Of a stretch of DNA of 64,000 bases, positions 46,172-56,148 are shown piece after piece. Source of the stretch: a virus; IMG/VR virus record IMGVR_UViG_3300023184_004167, positions 1 to 64,000 of that record. The stretch is one strand, 5' to 3'. A model generated the notes under the pieces. It was not told where the DNA came from and made no database searches. It worked only from the letters and a program-made list of their open reading frames with translations. Position 1 is the first letter of the stretch. Each line of letters opens with the position of its first letter. The position numbers were made by a program, and so were the translations under genes.

Positions 46172-48355
46172 TTAGAAGTCAATCTTAACCACAAATTGTT
46201 GAATTCCTTGTCTTAATTCAGGTGATTGTAATTTTGATATTACCATCAACTCTTTATTATCATTCAATAAACCTATTTCTGTAACATAAGATGTTGTTCC
46301 TGATGTCCACGTTGGATTTGATGTATTTGTGAATTGGGCTCTCCCAAGAGTAACCAAATATCTCATTTCGTAAATAGTTGCACTTATGTCAGTCTCAATA
46401 TTTCCGTAGAACATAAATTCATCCCCATAATTTAATACATTAGGAGAACCAACTGGTACAACATCCATAAAATTCTCTAAATGGTATGGAACTGCAGAAT
46501 TATAATTACTATCAGAGATTTCAAATGTTGTTCCTGTTATACCACTCATAGTTAAATAATTATTGATTGTAGTGGCACTTAAACTATCCGTAACATCAAT
46601 AATTCTCCACTGAGTTGGGTCTGGTCTTAACGTATCATATCTTTTTTGACAGATGATTTGCATTTTATTTGCAGAGAACCCAGAAAAACTTCCTTGAGTT
46701 AAGTAGGGAAATTCCGCACCAAATCTTATTGCAACATTTTGTGAACTTGTTGTACAACCTGTATCTGGCCCTAGAATTGAACTATAATAATTACAATGTA
46801 ATGAGTTTGTGAATCCTGTTGAATCAAATCTATAAGTCACCCACATTGTTTCAGCAGTTGATGTCATTACGCCCACCGCCAATTGATTATTTGAAAAACA
46901 AGTGTTTGGTGTTAATAAAGATATTTTAGGTGCTGGTAATGTCCAGTTTCTATTTGATTTATAACACATTGAAGCAACAACCTCTTCATCATCAATAATA
47001 ATAATCTGTTGGTCTGGAAACACTTTTCCTATCCTATTCAACATTTTATTGTCGTCAGGATTTGAATCCCACAAATGATAATATCTAATTCCCGGGTCAT
47101 TCATATCACTATTAACATTTGATTTAATATAATAAGGTTTACACAAATCATAATTTACTGGGTCAATATAAAAATCAGCACCTATGGTGGTACCAGTTGA
47201 TTTATGCCACATTAATGTTGGTATACTTAATTTGAAATGACTTGCCAATCCTGTACTTGTTGTCGGATTTTGTGGGTCAAATGGTTGTGTTGCAAATTTC
47301 TCGCCATAAACAAAATCAATATCATTATTTGTGTAATGAATGATTGCAATCGCCTTTTGATTACTTGGTGTTACAACTATTTTTTCATCAAATGAATTAT
47401 AATAAAAAACTTCACTTGTGTCTGTTTGTCCTGTAGGCTCATTATACCCCAATAACTCTTTTGTTCCAACATATGTCTCAGAACCAAAATTAGTATAATC
47501 CTCATAACTCACACTAAATAAACCAGCAGGACTTTCAGTCCAAGGTATATTCATATTCCAAATTAAAGTATTTTCTCTATTAATAACATCACAAGGTGAT
47601 TCAAAATTCAAAGTATCTGTCTGCCAATAAGAATAAGGTGTAATTGTATCATATAATTGTGTCATCCCTGATGGATAAACGTGAACCCTACCATATTGTC
47701 CACTTGATGCCCTATTACTATAGTTAGGTACCGTTCTATCAAGTTCAACAATATATCCACCTGTATAGGCAGTAAGTGATTGTATTTTATATGTCAAAAT
47801 TGGTACAGTATTTATATCATCACATCCACCTATTGTATCATAATAAATCACCACATAATCATTAACCTCAGGACTACCTGTTGTTAAAACACAAAAATTA
47901 TAATCAATATTAATAGTTGTCTGTCCTGACAAGGTACTCATATCAACAAAGTAATTAGAACTAATTGTATATCCTGTTGCGGTATTTACAACCCAACTCG
48001 CCGTTAATCCAGTGGTGAAAAACCCTTTTGAACCCGCCGCATTATACACAGATTCTATCTGACTATCCTCATAAGGAATACCATATGTATTACCATCCCC
48101 ACCATTTACATAATATGGATATTTTACATTTTCTTTGTTTGATTGTGGTGTTCCAGAATCATTTTGAGCGTTAAACCCTGGCATTAAAATGTTATTATTA
48201 ACTTGGTTATAATTGGGAATTGCGGTATAACTAACTTCACTATCCCCTATTTGAAAATAAGCGATATTAAAATTACCTTGTGATATTTTTCTCCTACCAA
48301 CATCCGTAACTCTTGTATTAACTAACCCTGAAGTATTTTTAATTATGTAAGACAT
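46172..48355 (-). CDS. Virion baseplate/tail-fibre attachment protein (DUF3751-like termini)
   Basis: N-terminal 'VTDVGRRKI....F.IGD' and C-terminal 'VTEIGLLND..EL..ISK'; start ATG 48355 sits just after TATTTAT (48361-48367). Confidence 0.6.
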   Translation of the reverse strand: MSYIIKNTSGLVNTRVTDVGRRKISQGNFNIAYFQIGDSEVSYTAIPNYNQVNNNILMPGFNAQNDSGTPQSNKENVKYPYYVNGGDGNTYGIPYEDSQIESVYNAAGSKGFFTTGLTASWVVNTATGYTISSNYFVDMSTLSGQTTINIDYNFCVLTTGSPEVNDYVVIYYDTIGGCDDINTVPILTYKIQSLTAYTGGYIVELDRTVPNYSNRASSGQYGRVHVYPSGMTQLYDTITPYSYWQTDTLNFESPCDVINRENTLIWNMNIPWTESPAGLFSVSYEDYTNFGSETYVGTKELLGYNEPTGQTDTSEVFYYNSFDEKIVVTPSNQKAIAIIHYTNNDIDFVYGEKFATQPFDPQNPTTSTGLASHFKLSIPTLMWHKSTGTTIGADFYIDPVNYDLCKPYYIKSNVNSDMNDPGIRYYHLWDSNPDDNKMLNRIGKVFPDQQIIIIDDEEVVASMCYKSNRNWTLPAPKISLLTPNTCFSNNQLAVGVMTSTAETMWVTYRFDSTGFTNSLHCNYYSSILGPDTGCTTSSQNVAIRFGAEFPYLTQGSFSGFSANKMQIICQKRYDTLRPDPTQWRIIDVTDSLSATTINNYLTMSGITGTTFEISDSNYNSAVPYHLENFMDVVPVGSPNVLNYGDEFMFYGNIETDISATIYEMRYLVTLGRAQFTNTSNPTWTSGTTSYVTEIGLLNDNKELMVISKLQSPELRQGIQQFVVKIDF

Positions 48356-48404
48356 CTTTAATAAATATAATTTTATTGATTTTTTATTTTTGTTTAATGT
48401 AATA

Positions 48405-49289
48405 TTATTTATTCCAATATCCACTCATTCCACCTGATTGTATATACTCCCAATCTGTTGTAAATAAATACAATTTCTTTTCATCAGTATCGTAAACAAT
48501 CATCCCCTCAGTTGTTGTCATTCCAGTTCTTTGTATTGTTGTCATTCTTGGAAATAAAACCCCCTTTGTTGTTGATGAAATGTCTAAAATTGCATTACTA
48601 TCCGGACTATTTGTTCCAATCCCAACATTACCCCCACTTATTGTTAAGGTATCTGGTTGAGTTTGTGATGAAAAGGTAAGTGTGTTTGTACTTAAATCAA
48701 CAATTCTATTCCCTAATAATGTTCCGTCTCCGGTATATAAGGTTGTTGATGATGTTCCACCTGAGGAAGCAAATAACCTCCACCTAGCATTTATTTTGGT
48801 AATACCACTAACACCCTCAATTGTTGATGCCGTCCAAGCATTAACAAATAATGTTCCTTCAGGTGTGTCATTTAAACATTGATACCCATTACCCAAATCA
48901 ATTAATGAACCAGCGCTAACCGCATCATCAAATAAAGTCCTATAATTATCAATCTCATACTGATATGTTAATTGTGTTTCTTGAACATATACTAACATAC
49001 CCAATCTTCTTCTACCACTTGAAATTCCGTCCGATTCTAATCCAACAACATTTGGTGCAGATAAAGTACTATTATTACTATAATTTATTGGTATTGTATT
49101 TCCTGAGAATAAGATGGTACCTGTACTTCCTGATGGTATATAAAAAATTAAATCACTTAAATTAAATACCTCCATATACCCCCCAATATTATACATACTG
49201 AAGTTGGTACCCGTGTTGTTATCTAAATTAACACCTGATGGGCCATAAACAATGACTGATGATATTGGATTTTTATATGAATAACTCAT
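48405..49289 (-). CDS. Putative virion fibre protein
   Basis: 'RRRLGMLVYV' domain and the Bacteroidota-type 'GNVGIGT.SP..AILDISSTTKGVLFPRMTT' repeat. Confidence 0.6.
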   Translation of the reverse strand: MSYSYKNPISSVIVYGPSGVNLDNNTGTNFSMYNIGGYMEVFNLSDLIFYIPSGSTGTILFSGNTIPINYSNNSTLSAPNVVGLESDGISSGRRRLGMLVYVQETQLTYQYEIDNYRTLFDDAVSAGSLIDLGNGYQCLNDTPEGTLFVNAWTASTIEGVSGITKINARWRLFASSGGTSSTTLYTGDGTLLGNRIVDLSTNTLTFSSQTQPDTLTISGGNVGIGTNSPDSNAILDISSTTKGVLFPRMTTIQRTGMTTTEGMIVYDTDEKKLYLFTTDWEYIQSGGMSGYWNK

Positions 49290-49290
49290 T

Positions 49291-50379
49291 TTATATTAAA
49301 CTTCCCCCTTTAAAATAAATATTGTTTATGTTCTCTAACCTTGATTGAGGTGCGATAAATGTTGAGTAAACTCTGTATATTCCATTAGGTATTCCTGTTC
49401 CTCCTGTGTATTCAAAAGTTAAATCATAGTATGTTGAATTCATATTGGTATTTGTTAATGCATTCGGATTACCAGCACTATTAATACCTATTTGTGACAT
49501 TTTTTGTCCGTTGGTTGCTCCCGTTGAAACTATCCAAGTATACCAACCAAACCCTATTTCTGTGTTCGCAGGAACTTCGTGAGTTTGGAACAAGTATTCA
49601 CTAATCACATTTCCATAACTATCAACACCGCCACTTGTTCTTGATATTGGTGCAATTCTAATTGATGGTACATCAACACTCCATCCTGAATATTGAATAT
49701 ATCTATTAAATTGTTGTTCAAATGTTACCTGACTTGTTGATGGCGCAATACCATTACTATATCCTCTGAAACTACTTCCACCTGACAACATCCAATTATT
49801 AATTTGAGTACTTGCGGTAACCGGTTCAATCAACAAATAAGCCATAAGTGCCGGTAATGTCGGTGTCGGAGTTTGTGTATGTGTCGGAGTTGGTGTCGGA
49901 GTATTTGTTCTTGTTGGTGTATGTGTTGGTGTGTTTGTTGGCGTTTCCGTATTTGTTGGCGTTTGACTTGGTGTTTCATTTGGAGTACCTGTGTTTGTCG
50001 GAGTATTTGTCGGTGTTTCCGTATTTGTTGGCGTTTGACTTGGTGTTTCTGTGTTAGTTGGTGTAATTGACGGAGTGTTGGTTGGTGTTGCAGTGTTTGA
50101 TGGTGTTGGTGTTGGCGTCATAGAACTAGGTGTGTTTGATGGTGTTGGTATTGGGCCACAAACCTCAATATTAGTTGTAATGCACCCGTCGGCATCAACT
50201 ATCTTAACCATAACAATAGGAACACTAGTAAAACCACTAGGTAATAATAAATTTACAGAAGGGGGTACGGTACCAGAAATTGAAGTAATAAATTGACAAT
50301 TATTACCATAGAAATCACAAACATAGATTTGGTAAGGTGATGCTCCACTTATACTTGATATTTGAATTATAGATGCGAT
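49291..50379 (-). CDS. Putative virion fibre protein: N-terminal small Cys domain, PT linker, C-terminal domain; apparent ATC start
   Basis: Frame is open 56 codons upstream of the track's ATG and encodes the domain shared with the 55343, 55125 and 60286 genes. Confidence 0.7.
   Translation of the reverse strand: MASIIQISSISGASPYQIYVCDFYGNNCQFITSISGTVPPSVNLLLPSGFTSVPIVMVKIVDADGCITTNIEVCGPIPTPSNTPSSMTPTPTPSNTATPTNTPSITPTNTETPSQTPTNTETPTNTPTNTGTPNETPSQTPTNTETPTNTPTHTPTRTNTPTPTPTHTQTPTPTLPALMAYLLIEPVTASTQINNWMLSGGSSFRGYSNGIAPSTSQVTFEQQFNRYIQYSGWSVDVPSIRIAPISRTSGGVDSYGNVISEYLFQTHEVPANTEIGFGWYTWIVSTGATNGQKMSQIGINSAGNPNALTNTNMNSTYYDLTFEYTGGTGIPNGIYRVYSTFIAPQSRLENINNIYFKGGSLI
49860..50150 (-). repeat. 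Pro-Thr linker repeats ([10 protein letters not shown]-type)
   Basis: Imperfect 12-30 bp tandem repeats inside the CDS. Confidence 0.85.
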
Positions 50380-50423
50380 ACGTTTTTATATATAAATATA
50401 AATGTTTGATATTTAAAAAATAA

Positions 50424-52091
50424 TTAAGGTACGTTGACAACACTTAAATTATAAGTATTCCCAGCAATCGCAGTAAAAGTGAACACAAAATAATCACTTG
50501 ATAACCCGGTAAATATTTGACTAAAATCAATTGTTGACATTGTTGAGTTAAATACCTCAACATAAGTGCCTGAAGGATTTAAATTAGTATATCCCGAAAG
50601 AGTTATACTAGTTCTATTATTAACAAGGAATGAACCACTATTGTTAGTGTTATTATTGTCAGAAATAGCGTTTCCACCATTTAAATATATGTTATTATCT
50701 CCAACCGCAGAATCTATAGTATTCCAAGCATATTTTATTACTGCCCCACTGCCCACTTGTTGTACTTGATAGGTGTCAGATAATATTGTTTGTCCTCTTG
50801 GTGTCAAAACTGAACAACAAGAACACCCTAACATAACTGCATTAGTCAATAAATAACTAACACTTTTACTTAATGTTGTTATACAACCATTTGTACTTAC
50901 CGAACCATAACCATTCGGAATATTTAAATCAGAATCACAAGTCCCATTAACAACATCATTATACCCCATTGTTATATTACAAGACTCATCTATTGTTGTT
51001 ACATTATCATAATACGGGGAACAATTTGGTCTAGGATTACTATATGTATTTATTATTGGATTTATTAATGAAACAGGATTACCATTTAGATAAACATAAT
51101 TATCACCCGTTATTATACCACTACCAGGTCCTGAAATTGTATCTATTCTATTGAATTCTAAATCAAAATTAATTGTTGTTCCAATTGGTAATGGGGGTGA
51201 TACATTTAAACTCCAAGTTGTTTGTTTTACCGAATCTGTATTACTAACTGAAACAACATATGTGTTATAAGTTAAAGATAAAGTATATGTTGTTGCAACA
51301 CCCGCATATCCAACATTAACCGAATTAGATGATATTGTTCCAATAGAATCTTTTGTTAATATTATATAATTTCCCTGACAAAGACTTTGAATTACCGGTG
51401 AAAGTTGATAGGTAGAACCATTTATTGAATATGTGTATGGTGAAACTCCTCCCGTTGTTTGCATAACAACCGAACCATTGCAAGGTACAGTATTATAACA
51501 ATTTGTGTTGGTAACACTGGTATTTGAGCCCAATGGTGTTGTTGTTCCGCAAGTTCCTTGCGTAACTAGTATGTTTTGTACCATTGGGAATCTTGCACCT
51601 GAAGCTCTCCAAATACCCGAAGGTATTGAAACATTAAGTGGATAAATCAATGTAATACTACTATTATATATCATTTCCCATTGAAGTGCAATATAATTCC
51701 AAATTATATTATATGTATCAATACCATTAGTGTATGTCCAAACATCTCTACCATTTTGAGTTCCGTTTGGTATAAATTGAAGAATATAGTTTTGAGGTTC
51801 AATATTATAAGTCATACATAAATCCGGTGGTTCAACCGGAGATATCGCAGGTTTAATCGGAAAAATTATTGAATTTTTACAAGTACCTAAATTCACAACC
51901 ATAATTTCATCAGAAGAGTCATCAATAACAATATTAATACCAACCAATAATTGTGACAGAGTAATCCCTGTCGCCAAATTTCCATTAGATAATAAAGTTG
52001 CGGTATTATATGTAGAACCTGTATGGTAATACAGATTATATGTTCCGTTAGAATCTCCTGTTGTTAATTGTACTGTATAATTTACTAACAT
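50424..52091 (-). CDS. Putative virion structural protein with SprB-like repeat
   Basis: 'GSV....TGGVSPYTYSING...L..G.Y....KDS'. Confidence 0.65.
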   Translation of the reverse strand: MLVNYTVQLTTGDSNGTYNLYYHTGSTYNTATLLSNGNLATGITLSQLLVGINIVIDDSSDEIMVVNLGTCKNSIIFPIKPAISPVEPPDLCMTYNIEPQNYILQFIPNGTQNGRDVWTYTNGIDTYNIIWNYIALQWEMIYNSSITLIYPLNVSIPSGIWRASGARFPMVQNILVTQGTCGTTTPLGSNTSVTNTNCYNTVPCNGSVVMQTTGGVSPYTYSINGSTYQLSPVIQSLCQGNYIILTKDSIGTISSNSVNVGYAGVATTYTLSLTYNTYVVSVSNTDSVKQTTWSLNVSPPLPIGTTINFDLEFNRIDTISGPGSGIITGDNYVYLNGNPVSLINPIINTYSNPRPNCSPYYDNVTTIDESCNITMGYNDVVNGTCDSDLNIPNGYGSVSTNGCITTLSKSVSYLLTNAVMLGCSCCSVLTPRGQTILSDTYQVQQVGSGAVIKYAWNTIDSAVGDNNIYLNGGNAISDNNNTNNSGSFLVNNRTSITLSGYTNLNPSGTYVEVFNSTMSTIDFSQIFTGLSSDYFVFTFTAIAGNTYNLSVVNVP

Positions 52092-52101
52092 AATTTTTAT
52101 T

Positions 52102-54459
52102 TTATGGTGTTATTGTTATTGTTACACCTCTACTTGTTAAGTCTGTTACAGCATCTGTTGCTGTTGCACTTGATAGACCCCTTAATTTAATAATTTTTGC
52201 ACCATTCCATGTAGAACCAGTTAAGTCAATTAAAATATTATCTATATAAGTTGAGTTATTTGAAACAGAACCAACAAGACTAACTTGACTCATTATTGTT
52301 GCCCAAACATGTGGATAAGTATACGCACTTAATGTGTTATTACCTTCAATTTGGATGTATTGAGCAGTTGTTGGTATTGTTGCAGTATCTCCCGATATTA
52401 TATTATTACTAAAAATACTAACACTTACAATACTTGGTGGTAAGTTAGAAATATCACCTGATATGATTTCACTAAATGATGTTCCACTACCTTTTAAATA
52501 TAAAGTTGTTAATGTTAATGGTAAATTTGCAACATCTCCACCCACTTTATTATTTCCTCCTAAATCAAAATATATTAATCCTGATGGTAAATCAAAAGTG
52601 TCTCCACTTATTGTGTTATTACCTGTTATTGTTGCGGTTTTTAATGTTCTTGGTAAACCAAAAGTGTCTCCACCTAAAGTAGTTGAGCCAAGAATTTGAC
52701 AATATGTCATTCCTGTTGGTAAATCTGAAGTATTTCCGCTAAGAGTATTATTAAATTGAGCATCAAATATTTTTAATGTTCTTGGTAATCCTGAAACATC
52801 CCCACTCATAGTATTATTACTGTATATATGAACTTCAGTTAAACCCGTTGGTAATCCTGAAACATCCCCACTTATTGAATTACTAGGTCCAATTAATAAA
52901 TAAGTTAAATTTCTTGGTAAATCATAAGTTGACCCAGATAATAAATTAGTTTGAGTTAATAAATAATCAAGATTTCTTGGTAAGTCGGACGCAATCCCTT
53001 TTAATAAAACATTACTCCCAAAAGTAATACGGGTTAAACCATCAAGTTTAGTTAACTCCGATGTATCTATACTAACTGAAAGTGTTGGAGAAACCGTTGA
53101 TAACTCTAATTTACCTATTGTCGTTAAATCCAAAGACTCAATAAAAATATCTCCTGTATATGGTGATAAATAAGTATATGTTGGCGTATTATTTCCCGCC
53201 GAATATGTTGTTGATGTTGTTCCTTCCCAAATAATTCTAAATGATGTTGATGCGGATATTGAACCAAAAGTAATTGAATTTAATCCAATTGCACTCATTT
53301 TCATTTTTTGTAGTTCCACATTTGTTGGTGTCGGAGTCGGAGTTGTTGTTGGAGTTGTTGTTTGAGTCATTGTTGGCGTTGGGCTTGGTAAACCAATTAT
53401 TTGACTAACACTTCCAGCCAAATTACAATTAAGTTTTGGGTCAGTTAAATAACAAATAGTATTTGCTGTATAATCACCATAATAATCCACCACTTGAACA
53501 GGATACGCACCCGCAGGTAAATTACTTATAGTTTGAGTTCTATTTCCGTTCGCCCAACTGATTGTATATGGACTTGTCCCTCCTGTTATTATAACTTGTA
53601 ACGCCCCATTAGTCCCACCATAAGTAGTTATACTTGAAACTACACTACAATTAATTCCCATAGGAAATGACACAAAAGTATCACAATTATTTTCAGGTTT
53701 GGTTACCGGTTTATTACTCGGAGTTTGTGTCGGAGTTGTTGTTGGAGTTGTTGTTGGGGTATGAGAAGGTGTAATAGATGGTGTTGGTGTATTAGTTGCC
53801 GTAATAGTAGGTGTAGGTGTCGGAGTTGGGGTTACACAAGATTGTATTCCTGATGTTGCTATTTGTAATATTGAGTTAGAATATGGTAAAGTTGGATTAA
53901 AAGAAACTATCAAATTTGTTGTTGCAAACCCATATGTGTCTATTCCACAACAATCAATATAATAATAATTATACCCAGCCTTTATATTACCTTGTATACA
54001 AGTTAATTGTGTAATACAATCCGCACAATCACGTCTAGCTCCATTACTAATTAAAACTTTAGCCGTTCCTGATGGAATCCCTCCTATATATTTTACACAT
54101 CCCTTATAACCATCTGTTGCCTCAATATAATAAGTATTAACCCCTGAAATAGTCCCTATAAAACTTTTCACAGGAAATATTGCTCCCGTAACGCAATCTT
54201 GAACCATGTATTCAATGGAAATTGACGAACAAGTACCTGTTAATACAATCGTTCCTCCACCGCCATTTACTTGAGCCCAAATTGTTCCATCACTATAAAA
54301 ACCATCTGAAGCACTTGTACCAGTAAAATTAGAACCAACGAGAATTGTTCCATTAACACCAAATATTGTTGCCGAATAATTAGTTAAAACACCTGAAACA
54401 CAAGAATCATATGCCGTTAATCCGGATGATAATGATATGTTTATATAAGGAACCGCCAT
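52102..54459 (-). CDS. Putative virion adhesin: Cys-rich domains, PT linkers, SprB-like repeat, ~22 aa LRR-like solenoid
   Basis: Repeats of 'N.ISGD...LP.GLT' about 10 times. Confidence 0.7.
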   Translation of the reverse strand: MAVPYINISLSSGLTAYDSCVSGVLTNYSATIFGVNGTILVGSNFTGTSASDGFYSDGTIWAQVNGGGGTIVLTGTCSSISIEYMVQDCVTGAIFPVKSFIGTISGVNTYYIEATDGYKGCVKYIGGIPSGTAKVLISNGARRDCADCITQLTCIQGNIKAGYNYYYIDCCGIDTYGFATTNLIVSFNPTLPYSNSILQIATSGIQSCVTPTPTPTPTITATNTPTPSITPSHTPTTTPTTTPTQTPSNKPVTKPENNCDTFVSFPMGINCSVVSSITTYGGTNGALQVIITGGTSPYTISWANGNRTQTISNLPAGAYPVQVVDYYGDYTANTICYLTDPKLNCNLAGSVSQIIGLPSPTPTMTQTTTPTTTPTPTPTNVELQKMKMSAIGLNSITFGSISASTSFRIIWEGTTSTTYSAGNNTPTYTYLSPYTGDIFIESLDLTTIGKLELSTVSPTLSVSIDTSELTKLDGLTRITFGSNVLLKGIASDLPRNLDYLLTQTNLLSGSTYDLPRNLTYLLIGPSNSISGDVSGLPTGLTEVHIYSNNTMSGDVSGLPRTLKIFDAQFNNTLSGNTSDLPTGMTYCQILGSTTLGGDTFGLPRTLKTATITGNNTISGDTFDLPSGLIYFDLGGNNKVGGDVANLPLTLTTLYLKGSGTSFSEIISGDISNLPPSIVSVSIFSNNIISGDTATIPTTAQYIQIEGNNTLSAYTYPHVWATIMSQVSLVGSVSNNSTYIDNILIDLTGSTWNGAKIIKLRGLSSATATDAVTDLTSRGVTITITP

Positions 54460-54477
54460 ATTTTAATTTACATTTTT

Positions 54478-55125
54478 TTAAATACAAATAGCAAAATCAA
54501 TTATTTGTCCAAAAGAATTTACTTGAACAACATAATAATCATTACCAAATTTCATTTTTATATAATTACTACCCCCATTATACTGACTATACAAAACACC
54601 TCCAACATTTATTGTATAAACCACCGCATTTATTACAGGTGTTAAATAAGATTCACTTATATATGTATAATAGTTAGTAGGACTTACAGTATCACTACAA
54701 GTATCAGCACTACTACTAAATATTGATTTTCCAATCAAATGACTTGATATCACAGGTGTTGTTGTGGGTGTAGGTGTTGTTGTTGGCGTATATGTTGGTG
54801 TTTGGCTGTTTGTCGGTGTTAATGTCTGTGTTGGTGTGTTTGTGGGTGTTTCAGTCATTGTCTGTGTTGGAGTTAATGTTGGTGTTGGTGTGACGCTACT
54901 TGTTGGTGTGGGTGTTATATAAACAAAGTCTCCTGCCTCACAAGAAAGACTATCAATTACCTTTATTAAAAAGTCCGTTTCATCATATGGTGAAGGAACT
55001 TCAAAAGTATATGGAAATGTATCTGCCGATGAGACAAAAACACAAGAAGCACTCAAAGCGTCACAATAATATATGTCCACCGGAGTGTTTGCTGTTATGC
55101 TTGTTATAGTTATACTTTGACTCAT
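54478..55125 (-). CDS. Putative virion protein: small Cys domain, PT linker, C-terminal domain
   Basis: Start at ATG 55125 (ATGA overlap); paralogous N-domain. Confidence 0.7.
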   Translation of the reverse strand: MSQSITITSITANTPVDIYYCDALSASCVFVSSADTFPYTFEVPSPYDETDFLIKVIDSLSCEAGDFVYITPTPTSSVTPTPTLTPTQTMTETPTNTPTQTLTPTNSQTPTYTPTTTPTPTTTPVISSHLIGKSIFSSSADTCSDTVSPTNYYTYISESYLTPVINAVVYTINVGGVLYSQYNGGSNYIKMKFGNDYYVVQVNSFGQIIDFAICI

Positions 55126-55343
55126 CCTGTTACTGTTGTTTCTCCTGTTATTATCCAACCATTTCCATCAACTATCTTTAACATATATGATGGTGATGTA
55201 TCATATGGTACTGGTATATCAAATTCATATGTTGTTGTCGTTATTGTATCCATAAAAAAACAACCCGTCCCATCACTCTGACAGATGTAAATATTGTAAG
55301 GACTTTGTCCCGTTATTCCATTTATGTTAACTTGTGTTGCCAT
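55122..55343 (-). CDS. Stand-alone small Cys domain protein
   Basis: 'PYNIYICQ..G..C.F' paralog; TATTTAT at 55348-55354. Confidence 0.7.
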   Translation of the reverse strand: MATQVNINGITGQSPYNIYICQSDGTGCFFMDTITTTTYEFDIPVPYDTSPSYMLKIVDGNGWIITGETTVTG

Positions 55344-55356
55344 ATTAATAAATAGA

Positions 55357-56136
55357 TTATTGTGTGTTATAATAATCAATTAAACAATTATTACAATTTA
55401 AAAAAGTTTGCCAAACTGTCGGTGTTACACCAGACTCATAATTATACTCAACTTCAATCCCTTCATAAGAAGTTATTACATAACAAGTATTATTAGTAAC
55501 AAGACTAACACTTGTTGTTGCACTTAATGTTGTTGATGTTGCTGGTGCATAAATTTTTAACCCAATTACCGAACCATCACAAGAATCTCCAATATATGTT
55601 TTATATATTGGACAAGTATCACAATCATATGTTTCCCAAGCCGGAGTTGCAATCTCATAATCTGTATCAACCGCAGATATAACCGAATTAAGAGTCACAC
55701 AAAAATCATCCCCACTTGGGTTTCTTATTCCAACAACTTGTTGGACTGTAGGTAATAACTTTGTTGGCCCAGATATCGGCCCGACATTACAAACCTTAAC
55801 ATATTCAGTTGTTCCACTATCACATCTTGTCGCACTAAAATATGTTATCACACAAGGACTTGTTCTTGTTAATAAACAAGAATTACAATCAGGGTAAACA
55901 ATATCAACAACATTTGTAAAATAATTTCCACTATAATTAATGGGAAACACATTGTCTGGTGATATATAACCATTGTTAGATTCTCCAAGATAATTCCAAC
56001 AATTACCATCACTATCCTTAAAAATAGTATTAGGTAAATTTGTAAATTCAACCTTTTCACTCTGTATTACCTGACTATTCTTACTCGCAAATGTTGCAAG
56101 TGGTGAACAACTTTCGTATATATAAACTTTACTCAT
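55357..56136 (-). CDS. Cys-rich repeat protein (three C...C...CxxC domains)
   Basis: Domains end 'YPDCNSCL', 'YDCDTCP', 'FLNCNNCL'. Confidence 0.7.
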   Translation of the reverse strand: MSKVYIYESCSPLATFASKNSQVIQSEKVEFTNLPNTIFKDSDGNCWNYLGESNNGYISPDNVFPINYSGNYFTNVVDIVYPDCNSCLLTRTSPCVITYFSATRCDSGTTEYVKVCNVGPISGPTKLLPTVQQVVGIRNPSGDDFCVTLNSVISAVDTDYEIATPAWETYDCDTCPIYKTYIGDSCDGSVIGLKIYAPATSTTLSATTSVSLVTNNTCYVITSYEGIEVEYNYESGVTPTVWQTFLNCNNCLIDYYNTQ

Positions 56137-56148
56137 TTTATCTTAATT

